From positions 3,286,001 through 3,350,000 of the forward strand of contig CP110439.1 of assembly GCA_026914245.1 (NCBI GenBank): a stretch of DNA of 64,000 bases. The letters run 5' to 3'. The DNA is from Puccinia triticina (Eukaryota). The translations under genes were made by a program, and so were the position numbers. Below, one piece after another: positions 14,601 through 25,909 of the stretch; the stretch's first letter is position 1; each line of letters starts with the position of its first letter. The notes under the pieces are model-generated. The model saw only the letters and a program-made list of their open reading frames with translations, ran no database searches and had not been told where the DNA came from.

Positions 14601-17466
14601 TCCAACGCTCGGTAAACCTTTAGATCTTGGCCGTTCGAACTGAGAAGCCTTAGGTGATGATTTGGAAGGCTTCTGGCGGCTTGTTCCAGGATTACTCGAC
14701 GAGGAGGCTGTTGATGCGTCGGCGTAGCTGAGTTGAGTCTCGACGATGTGCGCTCCGGCTTGAGGCCTTGACTGTGAATTTCCTGCATCTGAAAATTCCA
14801 AAAAAAAAAAAAATCCTGATCAACTTGACTATCGAGGGCAAACATTAATTACGTGACTTACTGGAGAGCTCGTGCACTTTCTCTGTTTTACCGGATTTGA
14901 GAGGCCGCCGAGGATGGTTACTTACCACGCCATTTTTCTTTTGCTGATGGGACTCCTGGGAATGATCAAAGGAATGCTGTTGTGGTGATGGAAAGCCATT
15001 GATGGGAGCTTGCGACCGACTGACCTGCTGAGCTGGGTGAGAAGATACAATTCTTGAGCGGCCGTCAGGGGAGTTCAGGATTTGTTTCGAAGGGGGTTCC
15101 ATCTGTGTTGGTTGGCGCTGTTGGGCTGTGCTCGGATGCTGCGGGTATTCGTAATGTATCGATAACTGCTGTCTCTGTGAAGGACTGGGATAGGAAGGGT
15201 GCTGCATGGTGATCGGGCTGGCTAACGGCTCTCGACGGAGATAGGTTGCGTGTTGGGTTGTGATATTTTCAGGCAATGGCTGGGAAAATCGGGCTTGATC
15301 ACCAGCCGGTCGGTCTGGCGGGAATCTCGCCCGAGGAGACTGCTCGGGCTCATGATTGTAGGACTGGTGGGAGCGTGGATTTTCGTTCCGGTGGAAACTA
15401 GATTCTGCTTGTGTAGGGTGACCATGCGCGGTCTGAAACCTGGGAGAAAGTTCGTGCATGTACACGGGCTGGGGGCGCGGCTGACGAGAGGGCTGAGGCT
15501 GATTGGATAGATCTGTTGAGCGCGAGCTTCGGTGGCGGGGGGGTCCTTGCGCAGATGAGTGGAGCTGTTCAGGAAGGCGGTCAACTTGACGGGGCGAGCT
15601 GAAATGGGGATCGTCAGATAGATGAGCAGATGGATGTGAGTGTAGATGAGAGGAGCGTAGAGGGTGCGCTGAAGATATTGCTTGCTGACTGAGCCTTTCG
15701 TGCGTGGCTTGGGAGGGATATAGATCAGCATTTTGATGGCGAGGTGAGAGTTGAAGTTGGAGATCGGGGGAAGTCAGGGTGATCCTTCGAGGCTCTGGCT
15801 GATAGAGTCGCGGCCGATCGGGTGAGGTGGTGGGTGAATCGACATGGTGAGGATGTCGAATCTGTTGAGGCGGCAAACTCATGGACATGTGTTGAGCATT
15901 CTGACTGCTGGAAGAGGTCGCGGGACGGGATGCTTGGTAGGGCAGCGAGCTGTTGGATATGGAGGGAGAGGGGCGAGATGTATCGGGATGCTGAGGTCGA
16001 TTCTGGGAAGGATGCAGGAACTGATGTTCGTAGGACGGACTTTGATGGTGCGGGTGCCGATAGGAGTGCTTCGAATCGGGATCTGCACGGGAGGGAGATT
16101 GGGTCGGGAGGGTGTGACCGTCGGGAGTAGAAAGACTGGAGTGTTGGCTTGCCTGGTGGGCAAAGCTAGTCCGGAGATGCAGTTCGGGTCGGTGATCGTG
16201 CGGGTATACGGGTGAGTGGTGTTGTTGAGGATGAAGGGGCTGGCAATGGGTAGGATAGGAGTGGTAGTAGACGGCAGGGGAACGGGTGTGATGGGTGTCG
16301 TTGGATCCGGCGGGATGAGGATTTTCAGAGCGGTAGGGATGTCCATAGCCTGGGTGGGCACGCTCGGGTAGGGGTTGATTGGCGGTGAGTGGTGTGGATG
16401 GCTTGCTGTAGGTTGACCGAGTTGGAGTCTCGGCGGGATCAAGCGTCGATAACATCGTGCTGCGGGAAAGCTGAGGTGAAAGGCCGGCGGAAGATCGATG
16501 GTGAGACGACCACTGCTGTTCGGCACTTGGGGGGCGTTGATGAGAGGCGGATGAGAGGGGTGTTGAGGGCTGGTGGGTTTGAGGGTTGGCTTGTGAGGTG
16601 GAGGGTTTGTTGATCGTAGGTCGTGGTCTGCTTCGGTTGGGATCCCTCCTTAAGATTGATGATTCGGCTGTTCCATCTGCTTGGCGAGGTGCGGTTGAAG
16701 AAGGGTTTGGAGGGCCAGGATGGTTGGAGAGGAGGCCGGCCAGACTGGATGGTACTAATTCACATGCTTCAGAGGATGGGGGCTTGTGGTTTTGGGGATG
16801 GTTCGACAAGTAGCTCGGATGGTGATAAGCCTGGGAGCTGGGGTTGGGTAGGATGGTTAGCAGGTGGCCAAGAGCCGAGAGAGGGTGTGTGGTTTGATTG
16901 ATGATGCTCAACTGATTCAAGTGATGATTCGCGGGGGAGTGTGTGGGTGGGGGGGGCCAGGCGGAAGAGGTGCGGCGATTGGTGGGTTCGGAGGGCTGGA
17001 GGATGTGGCTGCTGTGCTCTGGACGGTGTTCAGGAGGCGGCGAAGCTGATGATTTACGTTTGAAGCCGACGATTTTCCGGGGCTCTTCGTGGGGAAGACG
17101 ATACTGTGGGTGGTGGAGGGCGTGGTGAGCCGAGGCGGATGGATGGGGCAGCGGGGGGCTTGGTTTTTGGAGCGGGTGATGGCTGGGGGGTTGTTGGTGA
17201 TGGTCGCCATAGGATGATGATGGGTGATGGTGGGTGGAGTAAGCGTTGGTCAGGTTAGAGGACCCTTGGGCAGCGGGGGGCGGCAGATGGGGGGGGTGGT
17301 GGTGGTGAGGGCTATTGAGCTGATGAGACGGAGGCTGATGATAGTTACCAGCGGATCGGGTGCTTGTCGAAGTGGCTCCGGAGGGGTTGTGGGGCGGATG
17401 GGCGGGGCGGCTGGCGGGGGGGATCGAGCGAGAGGGCGAGGCAACGCTGGTTTCCTGGGTGGGCAT
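5681..17466 (-). CDS. Giant PHD-finger + SET-domain chromatin protein, Set3/Set4 (MLL5/SETD5-like) family, ~10 exons, roughly 3,600-3,700 aa, mostly low-complexity
   Basis: PHD motif [37 protein letters not shown] (~14020-14250). SET motifs HGVFSTQPI, LVIDSRQYGNEMRFIRNGCHPNA and FGIFAASDISRREEIILPWEW (~12200-12830). Chained long - strand ORFs are separated by ~60-115-nt GT-AG introns. The last intron (6017-5905) joins in frame to a terminal exon ending at 5681. Confidence 0.88.
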
Positions 17467-18240
17467 CTACTGGCTGGGGGCGGAGACTGGATGGGGAGAG
17501 GGCAGGATGGATCAGCTGGAGAGTTCTCGGGAGGCTCGCAGTCGCTCGAGAGTCGAGAGGAAGCGCTTCGACTGTTGCTGGCAGAGGGGGGGCTACCCGG
17601 GGAGGGTTCTCTGCGGCTGGCGGGGGGCTCGGGTGGGCTGTTCGGTCTGTGGCTGGCAGCCTGGCTCGGTGGCCGGGGGAGTGCTGGGCAGAGGGAGGGT
17701 GAATGCAGTTGGTCGGCCGGAGGGAGGGAGCTGGCAGGGGCAGCCGCTCCTCGGGGCGAAGACACACACACACACACATACTATGCACATACGCCTTCTA
17801 CGGCTAAATAGAAACTGACGAGGCCGGACAACTCATTTTTAATTTTGCGTTCAAGTTGGTAAATATATTGCGCAGTACCATCTTGTGTACATACGCAGCT
17901 GTGCGAAAGAGCGGATCAAGAGGCCTTCGAGAGCCCAGCCCCAAGCTCCACACTTCGCCCAGGAATCCAGCTCAGGATGATGAATGCAAACAATGCGGAG
18001 CGCCAAACTGCTCCCGTCAGCCAGCAGCCAATTCACAAACACGCAGCACCCGGACAGCATATGTATTGCCCGTGAAACTTGCCGATCAGAAATTGGGCAT
18101 TCCGATCGACCGATACATCGCACTGGCCGATCATTTCCACACACAACTTCTTATTTGATTATCAGACTCAGCCAAACCCAAAGCGAGCCTTGTGGGGTGC
18201 GGTATTTATCCTTCTAAGGAAGCTCCCACCACCATCGCAA

Positions 18241-18328
18241 GGGGTTCTAGCTCATCGGTACAGCGCTCGCTTAGCATCCTGGTTCAGGCGTGTGCGAGAG
18301 GTACAGGATTCGACTCCCTGGTACTCCA
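18241..18328 (+). tRNA. tRNA-Ala(AGC) with short intron, degenerate (possible pseudogene)
   Basis: GGGGTTC-TAGCTCATCGGTACAGC-G-CTCGC-TT-AGC-A-(intron)-TGCGAG-AGGTA-CAGGATTCGACTCCCTG-GTACTCC-A, followed by a T-run. One mismatch each in the acceptor, D and T stems. Confidence 0.7.
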
Positions 18329-19502
18329 TCTCTTTTTGTGCCCACATAGCAGGGCCCTCTCAGCATCCACATTCCATGGGCACGTGCATTCTGTTTTAGA
18401 ACAACTGACTGCACACATGGCAAGGAAATGCTCAATAATCTGGCACAAGCTGAAAAACCTAGCAAACCTGAAAATCACAATACTCCAAGTTCTACTCAGT
18501 CCTCAACTCCTCTAACTTACCCCCAAGACCCTCTCTTTATGGAGGGGGGACGCCATCCCGCAGGGACCCTCCAAAGGAGGGACTTATACACTGTGCACCA
18601 GTGCTTGCCCTACTCTTTTTTGTTTTTTTACTGTTTTCCATCCTATTGCTTGAGCCTCCTCAGTCGTGAGGAATAGCATGAAGGTTCCTCTGGGCCAAAT
18701 GACCCCTTCCTTCTCCTGCATCTTGTAGGATATGTAGCATTATTTTTGGACCTTCTCACCATTTTATACTGTCATAATAAGACTTTCAAAGTACTCCCTG
18801 TACTCTGACTGGTGGCTTTACATCACGTAAGCAGCCTGTGGATGTATTGCCCATGGAAAACAAGGAAAAAGACCAATGTTAAAGTGAGTGGGGCACTTGA
18901 TTTTTGGCATGCTTGTAGAGAAGAAGCAGGTGGTCATGGGACACTGAACAAGAAAAGAAAAAAAAGTTGAGTGGATCAAATTTGATAGTGTTTCTAAAAT
19001 AATGCCCTGCCAAATGCCAAAAAGAGTAGGGTGGGTAGGGGGGTATATGGCGCAAGTCCCTCCTTCAGAGGCTTGCTTTGCAAGGGGCTCCCCGCGCCAG
19101 CCAGGCTGCACCAGACCCTCCAAAGAGGGTCTTGTGATAAGTTAGTCAACTCCTCATGACACACCTGTGTAAATCTTCCAGGGTCATCTTCCCATCAAAC
19201 CTTCAACCTTGTTCCCCAATCTCTTCTCTTTCATCACTCTAGTAAACCTCAATAGAAACCTCCACCCAAGCCAAACCAACTCCAAAATAAGTTGAAAAGA
19301 CCCCAAAGCTCATACTTGCTAAGACATCCAGATACAAAGATCAACATCAATCACTTAGAGGGTCAAAAACTCAGCTTAAATGATCCTGGAAGTACATATT
19401 TGATCTGCAAGGTGGTAAACAGATAGGGAAACCATCAACAACGTACCAATCATATAAAAGAATGAGGGGCTTGTAAGACAGGGGTAGTTTATGTATAGCT
19501 CT

Positions 19503-19553
19503 CTCCTTGAGGTCAGGATCCCTCCTTGAGGTCAGGATCCCTCCTTGAGGTCA
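19503..19553. repeat. 19-bp tandem repeat (CTCCTTGAGGTCAGGATCC) x ~2.7
   Basis: Direct reading of the sequence. Confidence 0.85.
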
Positions 19554-20193
19554 CAGGTACACCACAATCAGAGCACTCTGGTGTCTTTTGGGCCCTGGGG
19601 AATGTGCCCAGGTGTGCTCTAGGAGGAAAGGTTCAAGATGAAAATGAATACACTTCTTGGTAAGATTCTTGTTGTATTAAGCAGTCCTGGAAAGAAACTG
19701 AATTCCTGGGCACACGTGAGTAGGAGGACTACAAGTCAATAGGGGGGTTCACAATCAAATTCTACAAAACTTTGGAGCTAAACTCAAGGCCTTTATTATG
19801 AACAGGATTTTAGGATTTTGGTAAGTTGCACAGTTGCCAGTTGTACTGCTAAATCAGTCCAATTTATCAATTTGTAATCATAAACACCTTAAAATTGGTC
19901 CTAAAATTTTGTAGGTTTCAATTGTGAACCCCTCTAATGAGAGAGGTCTCCAAGAGATTTTTTTTAGCAAAAAAAAGATAATATCTTGCCAGTAGGGCAC
20001 TGACATATACCTAGATAAGATACCAGCCTGAGTATTTATGGTTGTTTCTGGGGGATTGGGGAGGGAAACTGGATGACTTCCCATTGATTCTGGGAGCCTC
20101 CCAGATCTCAATTTACACAACCAAACTCTTAATTTTCAGGAGAAAGTAAAATGTTTTCCTAGTAAGCCTGTAGCTCATTACTTTCATGTGTAC

Positions 20194-21306
20194 TCACCAG
20201 GGGAGAATTTGACGCACTCTCCAGAGAGTGCCAGAGTCTAATTTTATGTTGTTCTGGGTCTGATGTGAGTCAGATGTGGATTAGGAAATGATTGATAAAT
20301 TCTTCAGATGTCAATGGGAAGTGTGTCAGAAGTGATGCCAAATTGTCACAGGACCTTGTGCAATGTTGTTGAGAACCATTCAGTTTTCTAATGACAAATT
20401 AATTAAAACCTGTAATGAAATCATAGCTAATCAATGCCCAATTATTACTCATTTATGGCAAATTTCTGTTCATCAATTTCACTATGTCAAAGGGGTTTGA
20501 CCCAACTTAAATGTGACTTGCAGGGGTTTTCATGGCTTTCTGACTTGTTTTTACTTGTAATGGAGCTGTGAAAGGCCCCTCCATTGATTTTTCACCCTAA
20601 TGTATGCGCGTACACAAAGGTGACATTGGCGAAGTGGAAAGAAACTCACATGCATATGCATGGAGACATTGGAAAACAAACAAACACAAAAACAACTCAT
20701 AAGCTCATATATGGTAAGAAGCCAAGATGTCTAGCTGAAATCTGGGACCACGCACCTCCAAGCTTGACTTGACTCATATTTTCACCCTACTTTCATCCTT
20801 TTTTGGGGAAATTCTAGATGATACCGGCCTTATTTAGGGAAATATGCCAATTCAGATGGGCCTTTCACATCATTCTAACGGGGGTGTACATGTTGTTGAT
20901 GTGCGGGGGGCCCAACCTGAGATTTGTAACAAAATTACACATGCGCACATGAAAGTTAAATAAGCAAAGTTAAAACAATGACCACCTTCATGTGCATGTA
21001 AAAAATATGAATTGAACCCCAAGAATTCATCTCAATTAACAAACAGTTCAAATTGAATTATGATTTGATTGTGACCATTGTGTCTTAGTGGTTTCAACCA
21101 CATTCCAGTTGTGTCCCAGTTGACTTCTGCATGACTTCTGGATTGTTTATGCATGAATCCAGGATCAGTTTCAGATCACTTGTGGATTAGTTCCAGAATT
21201 TTTCATCAATTCTTACACTAATTTCATCAAAGGCATCCAGCACAGTTACGCAAAAAGGGTACAGTATGGCACTCTCTGGAGAGTGCGTCAAAATCTCCCC
21301 TGGTGA
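20194..21306. mobile_element. Non-autonomous TIR element (~1.1 kb), possibly Tc1/mariner-derived
   Basis: 40-bp TIR TCACCAGGGGAGAWTTTGACGCACTCTCCAGAGAGTGCCA (20194-20233 / 21267-21306, 1 mismatch). The right end continues as a CAGT-like terminus. TSD not resolvable. AT-rich, CpG-poor interior. Confidence 0.75.
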
Positions 21307-23598
21307 CTGTTTGTTGTTTTGGTAGATGTCTTAATTTAGGACTTGGAGGGGCATCTAGAGCTCTCTAAATGCCAACCAGCAAACATCCACTGTTTTTAAA
21401 ATTCCAGCTTGAGTCATATGGGGCCCTTCTCAGAGATATGAGAAATTGGATCCCTTTGGGGCATCAAGTGGGAAGAAAAGAGGCCACATCTTCTTTTTGA
21501 GGTTTGGGAAGCAACTTCAAAATTCCAATCCTAGCTCCACAATTGGAGAATGGACTCTCAAAAAGACCTCAAGCTGAAAGTTGGTCCTCAAGACCACTGG
21601 CCAGTCTTGGAACAGTCTACACAACATCCAACTGCCTTTCTCAATATCTTGGGGGTTGTTTAACCAATATGATATTTAACTGGTGGTAATCAGTGTTTGT
21701 TCAACAGGAACTAGAAGCTGGCTACCAGGCCAATGTGATAGGTAGAGAAGAATGCTCACATAACTGAATATGATCAAGTGAAGAAATGATTAAAGGAAAT
21801 AGATAGCCAGGCAAAAAGAGGAAGTTACAACAGCTGTAATAAAGTATGCTTGACGGTTTACATCAAGTTTACAAAATCCAACTTCAAGGTGAGATGATCA
21901 GATTCCTTAATCATTAAGTGGCATGATATGGATGCGGTCAATTCCAGGAAAGCCACGTTGATACGCCACCTGGGTTACTTGTGCTGGCGCTAGAAGCACG
22001 TGAGGCTTTGGATCCATGTTTTGGTGAGGAGTTGCTGACACAGTTTGAAATCGAAGGAGTTTGTTCGTCTAGAGTGCAACTCGAGCAGACTGAATTGGGA
22101 AAGTCATTAAAAAACGTTGTTGTATTGGCTCCTGTGGTAAAACGCAACAGCATAAGGGTGGTTGCACTTACCAGCGGCCCCGGTACACTGATCGTAGCAG
22201 GTAAACTGCTCATCGCCCGATGTCCAGCAATCTGTTCCAAATCAGCACTCAATCAACATTCAACTCCTTTCAGACGTAGATCACCGGACTAACTTGTTGT
22301 TTTCTGGTTTTCATCTACGTAATATTTTGCGCATTCAATCGAGTTCACGGAGACATTGGTAGTCTGCGATACACAATTCGTACATTCTGGTCAAGCAGCG
22401 AGCACGACTCGTCAGTAAAAGGCTCTGGGAGATTCTGGTACTCCGCTCTCTGACATGGGACATACTTCTTGTGCCTTCACATGATTTCTGATCACAGATG
22501 AAGAACCTTTGTGGACTTTGAGCATTGCGGCAAGTCATTTGGTTCCCTAGATTTATAAGTTGGGGCAATATCTAAATGTCAGCTTTTGAGTGGTAGACTC
22601 GCAGACAGCATGAGCCTTGCCTTGAATAACAATCTTCTTGAGATAAGTGCTTACCTGTTGGATCACCACTCGTGGTGATAGGCTGATAAACATACGTGCA
22701 TGTTTGCGGTGCTGAAGGAGTCGATAGAGGAGCTGAATCTGATACCAGCGCCAACAGGCAATACAGGAAGAGGTGGGATGGTTGTCGAGAGCGCATTTTG
22801 GTTTCGGGGTGAAAGAGGCTAGTTCGTGTGATTTAAATAGTCGCTGGCAGTAGGTCCTGCGGATAGTGAGTTTGGAGGTCTGTCTACTCCGCTGGTATGT
22901 CGGACGGGTTTCAGAAATCCAAAAGGGAAGCTGCAGAGCTGAGTCGGTGATTTTGGAAGCCTGGAACGATAAGGCTGAATTCAAAGTGTTTGTCAGGTGA
23001 CCGGCAATGGAATATCTCGGGTGACAATAATGCGTGCTACTGGCGCAGGAGGGTATAAATAATTGTGTATTACTCCAGACACTTGCCCTCCTATGACCAG
23101 TCGACGCAGAAAGGCATGCGTACACAATATGAAACTTACAACACAATTCTGGGGTAGGACCAAGGTAGCGTTGCAACGTTAGTATGCACATTTGTTTCAG
23201 CGGTCAATTCCTGGAGGCAGCATCAGGCAGCATCTGCTTTTACTCTCGATGTGAGCTGTTTATGTAAAGATGTCACACTTCTGGTCAGCTCCGACCCGGG
23301 CTTGCTCAGAAGTATGGGGAAAGGCAGGGAGGTCTTCTACTTCCGGCGGTTTACGCACGTTGCATCCACAGACCACGGCACCTTGCTTTTGCTCTCCGAT
23401 TAATCTTCTTAGCCTGCCGGTTGGTCAGTCTAGGCGCCCTCATCCACACACTCGCCTCGGCCCATCTATCAGTTGCTGGAATTGGCGGGTTAGCTACCTT
23501 CTCTGTGCTTCGCTTGGATGGATTTTGGCTCACAAGTTATGATCTGATTCGTAGCGAGCGGAACTATATAGTACGAGCCGACTCAATCTTCGTTCATC

Positions 23599-24089
23599 AT
23601 GAAAACATCACTACATTCCAGCCTTTTCGTCTTGATGATCATCCTAATGGTAGATCAAGCTATAGGTCCCAACCCAATCATTTGCACGATTAGGAATCTT
23701 TTCGAATGGGGAAAAGTTGGTTTCCAGTCATTCTTTGGGGCTTCCGATGGATACAAGCTCATTCAAGATCCTTATTTGAACAGTTCCCCGTCTCTTTCAC
23801 TGTTCCAAAAAACAAAGTGGGGAATCTCGCGGTACTCAATCGTCCGACTTTGCGGGTATACAAAGTGGAGATGCCTGGAGGACCCCGATGGGTCGTTTAT
23901 GCTCTTGTAGAACTCGAAGCACCCGTACGCTTCAAGGTGAACTTGAAAGATAACGATAAAGCACTGGAAGAAGAGTTCACCCTCTCACCAGCCCACGCAC
24001 AATTCTTATCACGAGAAAAATATCCCCATGATCGAGATTTGCAGATAACAATCATCTCCATGGGGAATTCCAAGGTTACACCCATTTGA
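23599..24089 (+). CDS. Small putatively secreted protein (~140 aa, candidate effector), probable intron 23716-23783
   Basis: N-terminal hydrophobic signal-like stretch MKTSLHSSLFVLMIILMVDQAIG. A 68-nt GTTGGT...CAG intron joins ORF 23599 to ORF 23706-24089 in frame. The alternative reading is a frameshifted pseudogene. Confidence 0.5.
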
Positions 24090-24453
24090 ACCCTAGCCTA
24101 AAACCACCATCCAGAACCCCTCACAGTCCAAACAACGCAAATCTGGGTATTTGAACATCTCAGATACTCTGTCAGATGACAAGACACAGAAGAATAAAAA
24201 ATATTTATGTATTTCTGTAAATATAAAAACACAGGAATAAGCAACACATTGGTCCCAACCTAAATAAGTATTGTCACAACTCACCAGTAACTTGGCCCTT
24301 CCCTGTAAATTGACAAGTTTTAGAAGACAGTTAATGTTCAAGTTTTGGCTATTTCTGTATGAATTTGTTAGTCATAATATATGTAGATGTAGCAACACCC
24401 AACCCTGTCAACGCAAAAGTATCAAATACTGATAAAACAGGACCCACAGCATG

Positions 24454-24538
24454 GGTTTGGTGGTCTAGTAGTATGATTCACCCTTAGGGCTTCCGAAGCG
24501 CTTGGGTGAGGTCCCGGGTTCAATTCCCGGCCAGACCC
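24454..24538 (+). tRNA. tRNA-Pro(AGG) with intron
   Basis: Acceptor GGTTTGG/CCAGACC, anticodon arm CACCC-TT-AGG-G-(intron)-TGGGTG, T arm CCGGG-TTCAATT-CCCGG, then a TTTT terminator. The D loop reads AGTAGTA rather than AGTGGTA. Confidence 0.85.
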
Positions 24539-24755
24539 TTTTGCTCCATGCGCCGCGGGAATATCCTCCACTCAGCCGGCCCGGGCCACCGAGCACGGCC
24601 GCCGGGTTTTTTTTTTTTTTGCGACAGCCTGACAGGAGATCACCAAAGATCTGAATGTACGTCATCCTTACTGATCATTGTGACGTATATGGCAATCCTT
24701 TTTTGAATTTTGGCTGAGAGACTGATGTAGCAACCCTCGCGAACTGCCCTCTCCC

Positions 24756-25182
24756 AGGACCCTGGAAACCCCCTATAAATGGGGGTAATGAAAATGTATG
24801 AATTTTTTGGCAAAAACCCAAAATGGTAGGCACAAAAACGGTATGAATGGGCTTTTTTGGCCTCAATGGTAAGCACTTCAAGTGTATGAATTTTTTTCCT
24901 GGGTAAGGGAGGGTAGTTATAACTAAGATGTATGAAATTCCTGAGAGTGCAACAGAAAAGCCCCTTCCCCCCCTCAGCAGCCCCCCTTGTCTTAGGGCCT
25001 ATATCATTGGCATAGGGCATCAAAAGTCAACAGCAATGGTAGGCATTAAAAATGTAAGAAAAACTGGAAAATCCCCTGAGTGTAGGCATGAAACGTGTAT
25101 GAATCAAGTCAAAAAATGTATGAATTTTGGCGAAATTCTGGATTTTACATTACCCCCATTTATAGGGGGTTTCCAGGGTCCT
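24756..25182. mobile_element. MITE, 427 bp, 35-bp perfect TIR, 8-bp TSD
   Basis: TIR AGGACCCTGGAAACCCCCTATAAATGGGGGTAATG at both ends. TSD CCTCTCCC at 24748-24755 and 25183-25190. Confidence 0.92.
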
Positions 25183-25909
25183 CCTCTCCCTCGCAAATCT
25201 CAAGATACCAAACAAACAGCGCGCATGTCATCGAGATCATCCCTGATCATCCTCACTAATACTATTCATTGATATATGTATGTATATGTAAATAATCGGG
25301 AAACATGGTTTTTTCTGAGGACACGTGTAAATAAATAGTATAAATATGTATATGGGTGTGTATGAAGAGGATTCGAAAAGAAAGAGAGAAAGAACATAGC
25401 ATATTAAAGGAGATAAATAACACATAGGAGGGACAGAGAGAGAAGGTATGCGAACAAGACAGAGACTAGGGGAAGCGGACAAAACAGAAGGAGAGTGAGT
25501 TTGTAAGGAATGTGGGAGTGGATGTGTTTGTGTATCTGTGTGCTTGTATGATTGTGTGTGTATAAAATAGTCAGGTGGCGAGGGAAGAAGCAGACCACAT
25601 CAAAAACCCCGGACAGAACCAAAAAAAGACAAAGTGACTAAATCAAAAATCGAAGCGAGTCATCATGGAGGGAGGAGAGATGAGAATGAGAACCCAAAAA
25701 GACCATGAGTAAAAAATTGCAGACCATTCATATAAGTAAGTAATAAAACATGACACAAAATAAGTAATAATGATGATGGTTGAGGTACGATTGTAGTGGG
25801 AACAGAGGGCATCGAGGGATGGGATGGGATGGGATGGTTTGAATGAGCTCCACGGCGGGAATTTTGAGAGAGAAAGAGGGAGAAGACACGTGCTCTCGAA
25901 CGATGTTCT

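Noticed and set aside
5431..17818. Many overlapping + strand and alternate-frame ORFs
   Set aside because: These are shadow ORFs of the GC-rich, low-complexity SET gene and its UTRs, with no domain motifs.
21938..23191. - strand ORFs of 104-212 aa
   Set aside because: Fragmented frames with no recognisable family; at best a degraded gene.
24539..24625. tRNA-Pro-headed SINE or rho-independent terminator (GC hairpin + long T run)
   Set aside because: TTTT follows the tRNA immediately, there is no TSD or second copy, and bacterial terminators do not apply in this eukaryotic context.
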